DNA of 28,652 bases from a virus (lineage: Duplodnaviria > Heunggongvirae > Uroviricota > Caudoviricetes): IMG/VR virus record IMGVR_UViG_2778261122_000004, positions 1-28,652 of that record; one strand, written 5' to 3'. The notes under the pieces are model-generated. The model saw only the letters and a list, made by a program, of their open reading frames with translations, made no database searches and had not been told where the DNA came from. The position numbers and the translations under genes were made by a program. Of the stretch, positions 19,278-28,208 are shown in pieces; positions within the stretch are counted from its first letter, which is position 1, and each line of letters opens with the position of its first letter.

Positions 19278-19465
19278 CGTTTAACAGCCTGCCGGACGGG
19301 CTGTCCTACCTTCTCAATCCGGTTGACGCCGGGTTAATTCCCTATACAGCACTTAAAGATGGCTCTGTCGATTTGTATGACATTGCTCTCTTGAATGACC
19401 ATCTGGCGGTAAAAGCGGATAACCAGCGGCGCATTGAGAAATGGAGAGAGGATAATGAACGCTGA
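19223..19465 (+). CDS. predicted -1 frameshift extension of the tail assembly chaperone (GT-like)
   Basis: Heptamer A_AAT_TTT at 19223-19229 is in X_XXY_YYZ register for the chaperone frame; the -1 frame is open with no start codon from the slip site to TGA 19463-19465, overlapping the tape-measure start. Confidence 0.5.
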   Translation, partial: KFFAYTPYQHDAEPATGLTFNSLPDGLSYLLNPVDAGLIPYTALKDGSVDLYDIALLNDHLAVKADNQRRIEKWREDNER

Positions 19466-21443
19466 AACTATTAAAGATTTCCTCGTCTCGCTTGGCTTCA
19501 GTGTGGATGATGCAGGAGCGAAAAAGTTCGGTTCTGTCCTCGCCGGTACAACTGCAAATGTCATCAAAATGGGACTGGCCGTTGAAGGAGCTGCGCTGTC
19601 CGTGGTGGCCTTCACGGCTAAGATCGCCTCCGGCCTGGATAATCTTTACTGGGCGTCACAGCGCACCGGCGCGACAGTCCAGGGAATTCAGTCTATTGGC
19701 TATGCGGTTTCGCAGGTTGGCGGCAGCGTGGACGCTGCGCGCGGGTCACTGGAGAGCCTTGCCCGTTTTATCCGTAATAACCCCGGGGCGGAGGGATTTC
19801 TGAATCGTCTGGGGGTACAGACCCGTGACGCCAGCGGTAACATGCGCGACATGGCCGCTATCTTTACGGGCGTCGGCCAGAAGCTCAGCAGCATGCCGTA
19901 TTACCGGGCTAACCAGTATGCGCAGATGCTGGGCATTGACGAAAATACCCTTATGGCGATGCGCCGGGGTGTGGGGGGGTTCTCCGGGCAGTACAGCGCA
20001 ATGGCGAAAGCTATCGGCTTCAATGCTGACGAGGCGGCCAGAAGCTCCAACAAATTCATGACCTCCCTGCGCGAGTTCGGCGCGATGGCAGGCATGGCCC
20101 GTGACAAAATCGGCTCTAATCTTGCGGGTGGGCTTGCGGGTTCGCTGGACACCCTGCGCCGCCATATCCTGGACAACTTCCCTCGTATCGAGCAGACCCT
20201 GACGAAAGCCATAAAAGGCATTCTGGCGATCGGAGACATCATCGGGCGGCTGTTCTTCAGGCTAATTGAGGGAACATCCAGCCTTATCACCTGGTGGCAA
20301 TCGCTGGATAAGCAAACGCGGGAGCTCATCTCGCTGTTTGGCGCGCTGACGATTGCGCTGCGCATTCTGAACAGTACGTTCTGGATGTCGCCGATTGGTC
20401 TCATTACCGCGCTGGCGGCGGGGATTGCCCTTCTGTGGGAGGACTATCAGACCTGGAAGGAAGGCGGCGACAGCCTGATTGACTGGGGCAAGTGGAAGCC
20501 GGAGGTCGATGCCGCGCTGAAGATGGTTCGTGACCTGAAAGGGTCTGTTAATGAACTGGCGAAAGCGCTGGCGAAACTGCTCAATATTGACCCAAAATCA
20601 TGGTCCCTGAAGTGGGATTTCAGCAACTTCATCGACCAGATGGGCGAATTCAGCAAAATGCTGAACATGATCGCCGACCTGCTCAACGCTATCAAAGATG
20701 GCCGCTGGGCTGATGCCGTCATCATCGGCAAACAGATACTTAATCAGGGCAGCGAAAATCCGTCAGCGATGCCGATGGTTACAGACAGCGCTAACAGTAC
20801 TGCCGACTGGATTAAAGAGCACTGGGGATTCGATCCCCGCAGTGTGGGCCGGACGGTACGCGGCTGGTTTGGTGATGATGAGCCGGAACAATATGCACAG
20901 GCTACGAAACGAGGAGAACGGAATAACAATCCGGGAAACCTTAATTTTGCTGGTCAGGCAGGGGCTTCTCTTGAACGCCCGGGCGGGCGATTTGCCAGAT
21001 TTGAAACTGCTTTTGATGGATTACGGGCTCTTGCTCGTCAGTTAATGCTGTACGCCGGACGGGGAATAAACAGTGTGGAGAAAATTATCTCTACTTGGGC
21101 ACCTGCGTCTGATAATAACAACACAACTGCGTATATCAGGGCTGTATCGCAACGACTGGGAGTGGATCCCCGGGCTGCCCTGAATATGAGCGATCCGCAA
21201 ACCATGTCAGCATTGATGAGCAGCATTATCCAGCATGAGAATGGAAGAAATATCTATTCTCGAGAGCTGATTAATAAGGCTGCCGTGGCGGGAATTAGTG
21301 GCAAAATGACAGAGGTTAACCAGCAAAATACCTACCACATTTACGGTGGTGGAGATCCGCACGCTGTCGGTAATGAGGTTGCACGTCGGCAACAGTCTGC
21401 AAATGCTCAGGTCATGCGAAGTAATCAGGTGAGGGTGGGTTAG
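19455..21443 (+). CDS. tail tape measure protein
   Basis: 662 aa, largest gene in the tail block, right after the chaperone; ATG 19455 with GGAGAGAGG SD (ORF track begins at TTG 19434). Confidence 0.8.
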   Translation: MNAETIKDFLVSLGFSVDDAGAKKFGSVLAGTTANVIKMGLAVEGAALSVVAFTAKIASGLDNLYWASQRTGATVQGIQSIGYAVSQVGGSVDAARGSLESLARFIRNNPGAEGFLNRLGVQTRDASGNMRDMAAIFTGVGQKLSSMPYYRANQYAQMLGIDENTLMAMRRGVGGFSGQYSAMAKAIGFNADEAARSSNKFMTSLREFGAMAGMARDKIGSNLAGGLAGSLDTLRRHILDNFPRIEQTLTKAIKGILAIGDIIGRLFFRLIEGTSSLITWWQSLDKQTRELISLFGALTIALRILNSTFWMSPIGLITALAAGIALLWEDYQTWKEGGDSLIDWGKWKPEVDAALKMVRDLKGSVNELAKALAKLLNIDPKSWSLKWDFSNFIDQMGEFSKMLNMIADLLNAIKDGRWADAVIIGKQILNQGSENPSAMPMVTDSANSTADWIKEHWGFDPRSVGRTVRGWFGDDEPEQYAQATKRGERNNNPGNLNFAGQAGASLERPGGRFARFETAFDGLRALARQLMLYAGRGINSVEKIISTWAPASDNNNTTAYIRAVSQRLGVDPRAALNMSDPQTMSALMSSIIQHENGRNIYSRELINKAAVAGISGKMTEVNQQNTYHIYGGGDPHAVGNEVARRQQSANAQVMRSNQVRVG

Positions 21444-22030
21444 TGGATATTCTCTCTACACTTTTTCATCAGCAGAGCAGAAAAATAGGAATGATTGTTC
21501 CCAGTGTTGTTATTTCAGAGAAGCATACAGATATGCTTGAAATAACAGAGCATCCGGTAGAGGTTGGGGCCGCTGTCGCTGATCATGCCTATAAAAAACC
21601 GTCAGAAGTGGTGATGGAGGTTGGTTTCGCCGGTGGCGGCGCATTGCTGGATTTTGCCAGTAATCTGACGGCTACCAGCCTGCTCGGCCTGAGTCCTCAG
21701 CAGACGTATCAGGAGCTACTGGATCTGCAGGAAAGCCGTATCCCCTTCGATGTGGTAACCGGTAAACGACTGTACAGCAACATGTTGATCCGGGCGCTGG
21801 AAGTGACGACGGACAAGACAACCGAAAACGTCCTGTCCGCCGTCCTCACCCTGAGGGAGGTCCTTATCTCCCGGACGCAGCAGATTACCGTCGCGGATAA
21901 AACCAACATGAAGGAAGGGGCCAGCACGTCGGCGGTACAGAACAGCGGCAACAAAACCACCAAGCCTCCAGATACTTCACTGCTGAAAAGCATCACGGGT
22001 AACGTGGCGTCATTACTGGGGGGCGGCTAA
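21443..22030 (+). CDS. tail/baseplate assembly protein
   Basis: GTG start overlapping the tape-measure stop, GAGGGTGGG SD; 195 aa. Confidence 0.5.
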   Translation: MDILSTLFHQQSRKIGMIVPSVVISEKHTDMLEITEHPVEVGAAVADHAYKKPSEVVMEVGFAGGGALLDFASNLTATSLLGLSPQQTYQELLDLQESRIPFDVVTGKRLYSNMLIRALEVTTDKTTENVLSAVLTLREVLISRTQQITVADKTNMKEGASTSAVQNSGNKTTKPPDTSLLKSITGNVASLLGGG

Positions 22031-22332
22031 TGACAATTCAGGAAATTCCGCTGACAGCGGACAACCAGCAGTTCAGCATCGTCCTGGGTGGTGTTACCTG
22101 GCGGATTAGCATCATATGGCGCGATCTGTACTGGATTATGGACCTGCAGAACGACAGAGGGGAGCCGGTAATCTCCGGTATTCCTCTCGTCACTGGTGCT
22201 GACCTGCTGGCGCAGTACGCCTGTATGGGACTTGGTTTTAAGCTGGTGGTGGTCTGCGATGACAACACACAGGATTATCCCACGAAAACTGATCTGGGCG
22301 GCCTCAGTCATTTACTGGTATCAACGGAGTAA
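22030..22332 (+). CDS. tail/baseplate protein
   Basis: 100 aa, TAATG coupling. Confidence 0.45.
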   Translation: MTIQEIPLTADNQQFSIVLGGVTWRISIIWRDLYWIMDLQNDRGEPVISGIPLVTGADLLAQYACMGLGFKLVVVCDDNTQDYPTKTDLGGLSHLLVSTE

Positions 22333-22334
22333 GC

Positions 22335-23387
22335 ATGTCACAGAACTGGATGAGACATTTCGAGCTGCAGCTTGTGGACGGGAACGGTCAGGGAATTGAG
22401 CTAAGTGATTTCAAAGTCACCTTTACGATCGACTGGTTCAACATCAGCAGCGCGTCCCGGGTAGGGACTATCAAAATTTATAACCTCTCGGCAGATACTG
22501 TGAACCGAATCACCGGGCAGGAATTTTCGAAAGTGCGTCTGATTGCCGGTTACGACGGTATCGCGCCGGAGGTGTCAGCAAGCGACGTAGGGACCGTGCG
22601 GGAAGTTGACGCGGCGGACGTGGGCCAGAGAGATGGCCGCAACTACGGACTGATTTTCAGCGGTGAAATTCGCTACTCGGTCACAGGAAAAGACAGTCCG
22701 GTTGATTCCTACGTCCTGATTCAGGCAGCAGATACTGATCTGGCTTTTGCCACCAGTATAACCTCACAGACGCTGGCTGCCGGTTACACGGTCGCTGATG
22801 TGAACCGTGCGCTGATGAAAGACTTCGAAGCCAAAGGTGCGACCGAAGGCCTGACGCCTGAAATGCCTGCTACTGTATTCCCCCGGGGGCGGGTGCTCTT
22901 TGGCATGACGCGGCATCTAATGGATAACGTAGCCGGGCAATGTGGCGCAACATGGCAATTCGTGGATGGTCAGCGCCAGATGGTGGTGAATAATGAATAT
23001 GTTCACGAAGCGATTGTGCTCAACAGCGCTACCGGGCTTATTGGCATGCCGCAGCAGACCATCGGCAACGGCGTAAACGTCCGCGCGCTTATTAATCCGA
23101 ACATCCGGGTTAATGGGCTCATTCAACTGGATCAGGCTTCCGTATATCGCACCGCGTTGTCGAACAACGATATCGCTATGGCTGGTGGGCAGATCACCGA
23201 CCAGAACACGGACGGAAATATTACGCTAAGCGGCACCATATCGCAGCCTGCCAGCATCGCAACGGATGGCGTTTATATTGTGCGCGGGATTATGTACACT
23301 GGCGACACAAGGGGCCAGGCGTGGTACATGGATATGATGTGCGAAGCGCGCGGTGCGGCGGATCTTCGTTCGGCGTCGTCTTTATAG
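22335..23387 (+). CDS. baseplate hub protein (Mu gp44 / gpD-like)
   Basis: 350 aa, GGAG SD; position after tape measure and before spike. Confidence 0.55.
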   Translation: MSQNWMRHFELQLVDGNGQGIELSDFKVTFTIDWFNISSASRVGTIKIYNLSADTVNRITGQEFSKVRLIAGYDGIAPEVSASDVGTVREVDAADVGQRDGRNYGLIFSGEIRYSVTGKDSPVDSYVLIQAADTDLAFATSITSQTLAAGYTVADVNRALMKDFEAKGATEGLTPEMPATVFPRGRVLFGMTRHLMDNVAGQCGATWQFVDGQRQMVVNNEYVHEAIVLNSATGLIGMPQQTIGNGVNVRALINPNIRVNGLIQLDQASVYRTALSNNDIAMAGGQITDQNTDGNITLSGTISQPASIATDGVYIVRGIMYTGDTRGQAWYMDMMCEARGAADLRSASSL

Positions 23388-23401
23388 CGTGAGGTAGGAT
23401 A

Positions 23402-23755
23402 GTGAAAAAGTGGATTGTTATTGGACTCTGTTTCCTTCCGGGGTTCGCATTTGCTGCGAATCCTGGCGGTGTCACGCTTCAGTGTGGTGGCTACAAATTA
23501 GAGTTGATTCCTGATTCATTGTTCAGGATTAATGGTGAGACAGTTACCTCCCAGAAAATCAAAACGCTCGGCAACGGTAATGGAATGAAGGCGGATATGG
23601 GGCTTATGCCAGCCAAAGACGGTAACAATTACGGTTTCGAGTTCATTCGCCGTCCGGGTACCGAAACGCGTTTCTTGAATGTCCAACTACTGCAGAACAG
23701 CATGGATGCGCCGAGAATCATAGGTTCGTTTCCTTGTAAGAAGGTTGACGATTAA
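23402..23755 (+). CDS. cargo gene: small secreted (periplasmic) protein with two Cys
   Basis: GTG start with GAGGTAGGA SD; signal peptide MKKWIVIGLCFLPGFAFA|ANPGG; a cleavable signal is incompatible with a virion structural role; GC lower than flanking tail genes by eye. Confidence 0.6.
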   Translation: MKKWIVIGLCFLPGFAFAANPGGVTLQCGGYKLELIPDSLFRINGETVTSQKIKTLGNGNGMKADMGLMPAKDGNNYGFEFIRRPGTETRFLNVQLLQNSMDAPRIIGSFPCKKVDD

Positions 23756-23761
23756 TACAAT

Positions 23762-24292
23762 ATGTGCAATCAAAGGAATGAGGCTGTTGGCCTTGAAGTA
23801 GATACGATTTTGTCGTACTCGAGAGACAGGTATGAAGAAGTTAAGACAACATACAGGCGGTTAGAGGACAAAGCTAATTTTCTTCTTGCTGTGCTTGGTG
23901 TTGAGATTTCTGCATTATTAGCCGTTTTTGGGTCCTTTGAGCTGGGACAACAGTTAAAGACTAGTCTATCCGCAAGATTGTCTCTATTGTGTCTATGTTC
24001 ATGTTTTGTATGTTTGGTTTTTTGTTTTTATTATTTATGGAAATGTTGGGAACTTAGAAATATTCCCAAAATGCCTGTGCATCGAACACCTGAACAACAT
24101 GAATTTCTTCTGAGGGGTAGTAGAGATGACACAGTCAGATTTCATTTGATAATGTATGGTAGGGCTATTGATAGAATCGAGAAAATCCATAAAGAAAAAT
24201 CAGCGTTTGTAAATGAGTTGTTTCGATGGATGGTTATGTCATTTGTATTTTTTATTATTTCTGTAACGTGCATGTTAATAAGTAAGGTTTGA
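23762..24292 (+). CDS. cargo gene: 3-TM membrane protein of unknown function
   Basis: 176 aa; charged N-terminal segment then three hydrophobic helices (FLLAVLGVEISALLAVFGSF; LSLLCLCSCFVCLVFCFYYLW; FRWMVMSFVFFIISVTCMLI); strongly AT-rich by eye. Confidence 0.6.
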   Translation: MCNQRNEAVGLEVDTILSYSRDRYEEVKTTYRRLEDKANFLLAVLGVEISALLAVFGSFELGQQLKTSLSARLSLLCLCSCFVCLVFCFYYLWKCWELRNIPKMPVHRTPEQHEFLLRGSRDDTVRFHLIMYGRAIDRIEKIHKEKSAFVNELFRWMVMSFVFFIISVTCMLISKV

Positions 24293-24294
24293 AT

Positions 24295-24468
24295 ATGTCC
24301 TGTCCAGAAGACCAAAATGAACCACAACCTAAACCAAGTGAGCCTGAGGTCTCTTTCCTAGATAACTATGAGCAAGAGATTATGGCTAGAGTACCTTTCG
24401 GGGATATCGAAATTATGACGGAAAGCTATCACGACAAGCCTTCAACTTTTCCCAAGAAAGATAGTTAG
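24295..24468 (+). CDS. cargo gene: small acidic protein (57 aa)
   Basis: ATG 24295 two nt after the previous stop; Pro/Glu-rich; followed by an intrinsic terminator; below the ORF-track length cutoff, so found by hand. Confidence 0.4.
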   Translation: MSCPEDQNEPQPKPSEPEVSFLDNYEQEIMARVPFGDIEIMTESYHDKPSTFPKKDS

Positions 24469-24488
24469 TGAAGTTCTTATAAATCAAA

Positions 24489-24512
24489 CCCGCCACCAGG
24501 CGGGTTTTTTGC
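24489..24512 (+). terminator. intrinsic terminator closing the cargo cassette
   Basis: cccgcc / acca / ggcggg hairpin (24489-24504) followed by TTTTTTGCTTT. Confidence 0.75.
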
Positions 24513-24529
24513 TTTCTGGAGCTTACTAA

Positions 24530-25282
24530 ATGGCCGTATCTGACCAGACCCGCAGCGGCGACCTTGCCGAAACATTCAAATCTGAACGGGAAACAACAAA
24601 GAACCAGATCCGTGTCGCCTTGCCTGGCATTATTCAGTCATTCGATCCTGATGCGGTGACGGCAGTTGTGCAGCCTGCTATCCGTTCGGTTGAAAAGGAT
24701 AATGACGGCAACCGCATTACCCAAAATTACCCATTGCTGGTGGATGTGCCAGTGGTATTCCCGCGCGGCGGAGGATGCACGCTAACGTTCCCAGTTAAAG
24801 CCGGTGATGAATGTTTGATGATTTTTGCCGATCGTTGTATTGATTTCTGGTGGCAGAGCGGCGGGATACAGGAGCCGGTCGATGACAGAATGCATGATTT
24901 ATCGGATGCGTTTTGTATTGTCGGTCCCCAGTCGCAGGCAAGGAAGATTAGCGGTATTAATACCAGTGCCACACAGTTGCGTAGTGATGACGGCAGCACC
25001 TATTTTGAGCTTAATCCTGATGCCAGGAAAATTAAAATTGTCGCTCCGGGTGGTCTTGATGTGGTTGCCCCTCTGGCTGATTTTTCTGAGAAAGTAACCA
25101 TTCATGGCCTGTTAACCTGGATGGGTGGCATGGTGGGGTCTGTGGTTTCTGGTGTGGCTTCAAAAATCACTGGTGCTGTTGAGTTTTTGGGTAGCGTGAA
25201 GGCTAACGGCAAGCCAATTGATGATACGCACACTCATGGTGGTGTTCAGCGCGGTGGAAGCAATACCGACGGAGTAAACTGA
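24530..25282 (+). CDS. baseplate central spike protein (gpV / Mu gp45-like)
   Basis: 250 aa, GGAG SD; Gly-rich C-terminal region (..DDTHTHGGVQRGGSNTDG) typical of spike tips; position before gpW- and gpJ-like genes. Confidence 0.65.
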   Translation: MAVSDQTRSGDLAETFKSERETTKNQIRVALPGIIQSFDPDAVTAVVQPAIRSVEKDNDGNRITQNYPLLVDVPVVFPRGGGCTLTFPVKAGDECLMIFADRCIDFWWQSGGIQEPVDDRMHDLSDAFCIVGPQSQARKISGINTSATQLRSDDGSTYFELNPDARKIKIVAPGGLDVVAPLADFSEKVTIHGLLTWMGGMVGSVVSGVASKITGAVEFLGSVKANGKPIDDTHTHGGVQRGGSNTDGVN

Positions 25283-25635
25283 TGCGATACAGACGTGAAG
25301 ACGCCGATGGCGATTACACCTTTGGCAGCGGTGATGACACCTGGCTGATTAACTCACCGGAGGCCGTGGCGCAGGCGGTAAAAACGCGATTCGAATTGTG
25401 GTATGGGCAATGGTTTCTCGACACCACCGAGGGGACTCCGTGGATCCAGTCCGTACTCGGTAAGCAGAAGCCGGAAACCTACAACCTGGCGATCCGTAAG
25501 CGCATCCTCGAAACGCAGGGCGTTAAATCAATCCTCTCTTTCAATACGACGGTGGATACCACGACCCGACGTGTCATGTTTTCCGCTGAAATCGACACTC
25601 TTTATGGAATAACGACTGTTACATCGGAGGCGTAA
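25282..25635 (+). CDS. baseplate protein (gpW / Mu gp46-like)
   Basis: 117 aa, ATGA-type coupling; position. Confidence 0.55.
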   Translation: MRYRREDADGDYTFGSGDDTWLINSPEAVAQAVKTRFELWYGQWFLDTTEGTPWIQSVLGKQKPETYNLAIRKRILETQGVKSILSFNTTVDTTTRRVMFSAEIDTLYGITTVTSEA

Positions 25636-26834
25636 TGGCTCTGAACCTTGATTCTCTCGGTTTATCTGCAAAGGTAACCGCGGAGGGGATCAGTGCGCCT
25701 GATTATCAGACGATACTCAGCACCCTGATTAGCTATTTTCAGCAGATTTATGGCAGTGATGCCTACCTCGAACCGGACAGCAAAGACGGCCAGATGGTGG
25801 CTCTGATGGCGCTGGCGATTCATGATGCCAATAATATGGCGATAACTGTCTACAACTGTTTTTCACCAGCAACTGGCTATGGGGCTGCACTGACCAGTAA
25901 CGTGAAAATAAATGGTATTTCACGTAAAGGCGCGACGAACTCTACGGTTGATTTGCTTCTTACAGGAACTGCCGGAACAACCATCATTAATGGCAGCGTG
26001 AAAGACAGTAATAATGTGATATGGCGTTTGCCTGCTTCAGTGGTGGTCGGCGTGGATGGTACAGTGATGGTGACCGCAACATGTTCCGTCAGTGGTGCAG
26101 TGGCGGCGCTGGCTGGAACTATCACTGAAATTAATACGCCAACCCGTGGCTGGGTTTCGGTAACCAATCCTGCTGCGGCTACTGTGGGCACTCCGGCAGA
26201 AACTGATGCGGAGTTACGTATCCGACAGTCGCAAAGTGTTGCGTTGCCATCAATAACCCCATTTGAAGCACTGAATGGTGCTGTTTCTAATGTTACCGGT
26301 GTAACCCGCCACAAACTCTATGAAAACGATAATGGTTCGGAGGACGGTAACGGGTTACCGCCACACTCTGTTGCTGTAATTGTGGATGGCGGTGATGTGA
26401 CGGATATTGCTCAGGCTATCAGAGGGAATAAAGGCCAGGGAACAGCCACTCACGGTACAACATCCGTTACGGTTCCGGATAAATACGGCAATCCCCATGT
26501 AATCAAATTTTCGCGTTCCAGTGATGTGCCTGTTTATGCCCGGATTAAATTAAAAGTTTTTACGGGTTATACCTCACAGATAGGGCAGCAGATCCAGCAG
26601 GCTATTTCCGACTATATCAATAGTCTGATGATTGGTGATTCGGTCCTTTTAAGTCGCATTTACTCACCGGCGAATCTTGGCGTGGTGAGTGGCGGGAATG
26701 CACGCTATTACGATATTCAGGAACTGACGATTGGGAAATCCCCGGGGGCTTTGTCGTCATCAAACATTGATATCAGATACAACGAATCTGCGTCCTGTAC
26801 CCCGGAAAATATCGTTATAACGGTGGAGTCATGA
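25635..26834 (+). CDS. baseplate J-like protein (Mu gp47-like)
   Basis: 399 aa, GGAGG SD; canonical position between the W-like and I-like genes. Confidence 0.7.
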   Translation: MALNLDSLGLSAKVTAEGISAPDYQTILSTLISYFQQIYGSDAYLEPDSKDGQMVALMALAIHDANNMAITVYNCFSPATGYGAALTSNVKINGISRKGATNSTVDLLLTGTAGTTIINGSVKDSNNVIWRLPASVVVGVDGTVMVTATCSVSGAVAALAGTITEINTPTRGWVSVTNPAAATVGTPAETDAELRIRQSQSVALPSITPFEALNGAVSNVTGVTRHKLYENDNGSEDGNGLPPHSVAVIVDGGDVTDIAQAIRGNKGQGTATHGTTSVTVPDKYGNPHVIKFSRSSDVPVYARIKLKVFTGYTSQIGQQIQQAISDYINSLMIGDSVLLSRIYSPANLGVVSGGNARYYDIQELTIGKSPGALSSSNIDIRYNESASCTPENIVITVES

Positions 26835-27511
26835 GCAAATACACCGAACTAATCACGAACTACCACGCCACCAAACCTAAATTTCTTGCACATGTTGATC
26901 TGATGACCCGGCCGCTTATTGATGTTGCGGCTGCCACCAGAGGGCTGATTACTGCATTTGATATTGACTCTGCGGTTGGTGTGCAACTTGACATTCTGGG
27001 ATTGTGGATCGGACGTAGCCGTGTTGTCAGCCAGCCTATTTCAGGTGTCTATTTCAGCTGGGATACCGACGGGCTTGGATATGATCAGGGTGTATGGCAG
27101 GGGCCATACGATCCTGATTCCGGATACATGTACCTCAGCGATGAAACTTATCGTGTCATCCTTAAAGCGAAGATTGCGATTAATAACTGGGACGGACGGA
27201 ATGATTCGCTTCCGGCAATTCTTGACGCGGCAACAGCAGGATCCGGACTGCGAATGCAGATAGTCGATAACCAGGACATGACGATATCGGTCTGGGTCTT
27301 TCCTGATACTGATATTTCAGATGTATCGCGTGAGTTAATTGCGGCAATTAAACAGGGGTATCTCACAGTAAAAGCCGCCGGGGTATGGGCGGGTGGCATT
27401 GAAACACCTTCGGTGGAAACCCCATCGGAAGGCTCAAAATTTTTTGGTTTTGATATGGATAACGAATTCATCAGTGGTTTTGATGTAGGAGCATGGGGAG
27501 TATTACTCTGA
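26831..27511 (+). CDS. tail protein (gpI / Mu gp48-like)
   Basis: 226 aa, ATGA coupling at both ends. Confidence 0.6.
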   Translation: MSKYTELITNYHATKPKFLAHVDLMTRPLIDVAAATRGLITAFDIDSAVGVQLDILGLWIGRSRVVSQPISGVYFSWDTDGLGYDQGVWQGPYDPDSGYMYLSDETYRVILKAKIAINNWDGRNDSLPAILDAATAGSGLRMQIVDNQDMTISVWVFPDTDISDVSRELIAAIKQGYLTVKAAGVWAGGIETPSVETPSEGSKFFGFDMDNEFISGFDVGAWGVLL

Positions 27512-28206
27512 TGGCGAAAAATGACTTTAAAGCGTTTGCAACGGATCGAAATGCCAATGTTATATCGCAGGAGGAATGGGAAGCGTTGCCCGCGCTTTTA
27601 TCTGGATTTACAGCAGGGAAAGCCTCCAGTGCGCAAGTCAATAAGGTTATTCGGCAGGCCAGCTTTATTGCTGCAGCTCTGGCCCAGTTTGTAAGTGATA
27701 AAACGCAACGGGATGTGCTTGATAATGGTGATCTGCCCGGTTTTGTTGAATTGCTGGGATCGGGGTTTGCTGTTGAATACCTGAGCCGCAAGAATCCGTT
27801 TGGCGATATCAAATCGGATGGCACGGTGAAAACGGCTCTCGAAAACCTTGGTTTGGGAGAAGCGGCTAAAAGGGATGTGGGCACTGGGGCGGGCCAAATT
27901 CCAGACATGAGCGCATGGAGTTTACCAAATGGAGGTGTAGGTATGCCTAACGGAATCAATTTCCGTTATGGTTATGTATCTTCTACTGGAGATAAAACGT
28001 TTTCTACACCATTTCCAAATCAGTGTTTTGGTATTGTATTTGGTCAAACTTACGTTGGAAACTTCTGGCTTTTTTCACCAATGTTTCGAGAAAATAGCCT
28101 GACAAAAAATGGGTTTGCTTTCATAGATCAGTCATGGTCTGGAAATACTGGGGATTACTTATTCAACGCCACCGAAAAAGTGTTTTATATAGCGATAGGT
28201 AACTAA
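27511..28206 (+). CDS. tail fibre protein (short; distal part AT-rich)
   Basis: Start ATG 27511 overlaps upstream stop; C-terminal third drops in GC by eye, suggesting an exchanged receptor-binding domain. Confidence 0.6.
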   Translation: MAKNDFKAFATDRNANVISQEEWEALPALLSGFTAGKASSAQVNKVIRQASFIAAALAQFVSDKTQRDVLDNGDLPGFVELLGSGFAVEYLSRKNPFGDIKSDGTVKTALENLGLGEAAKRDVGTGAGQIPDMSAWSLPNGGVGMPNGINFRYGYVSSTGDKTFSTPFPNQCFGIVFGQTYVGNFWLFSPMFRENSLTKNGFAFIDQSWSGNTGDYLFNATEKVFYIAIGN

Positions 28207-28208
28207 TA

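Noticed and set aside
19901-20404. 167-aa minus-strand ORF and other ORFs inside the tape-measure gene (19492-19803, 19746-20165, 19825-20061)
   Set aside because: All overlap the long tape-measure ORF, which is supported by synteny; GC-rich shadow or alternative-frame ORFs.
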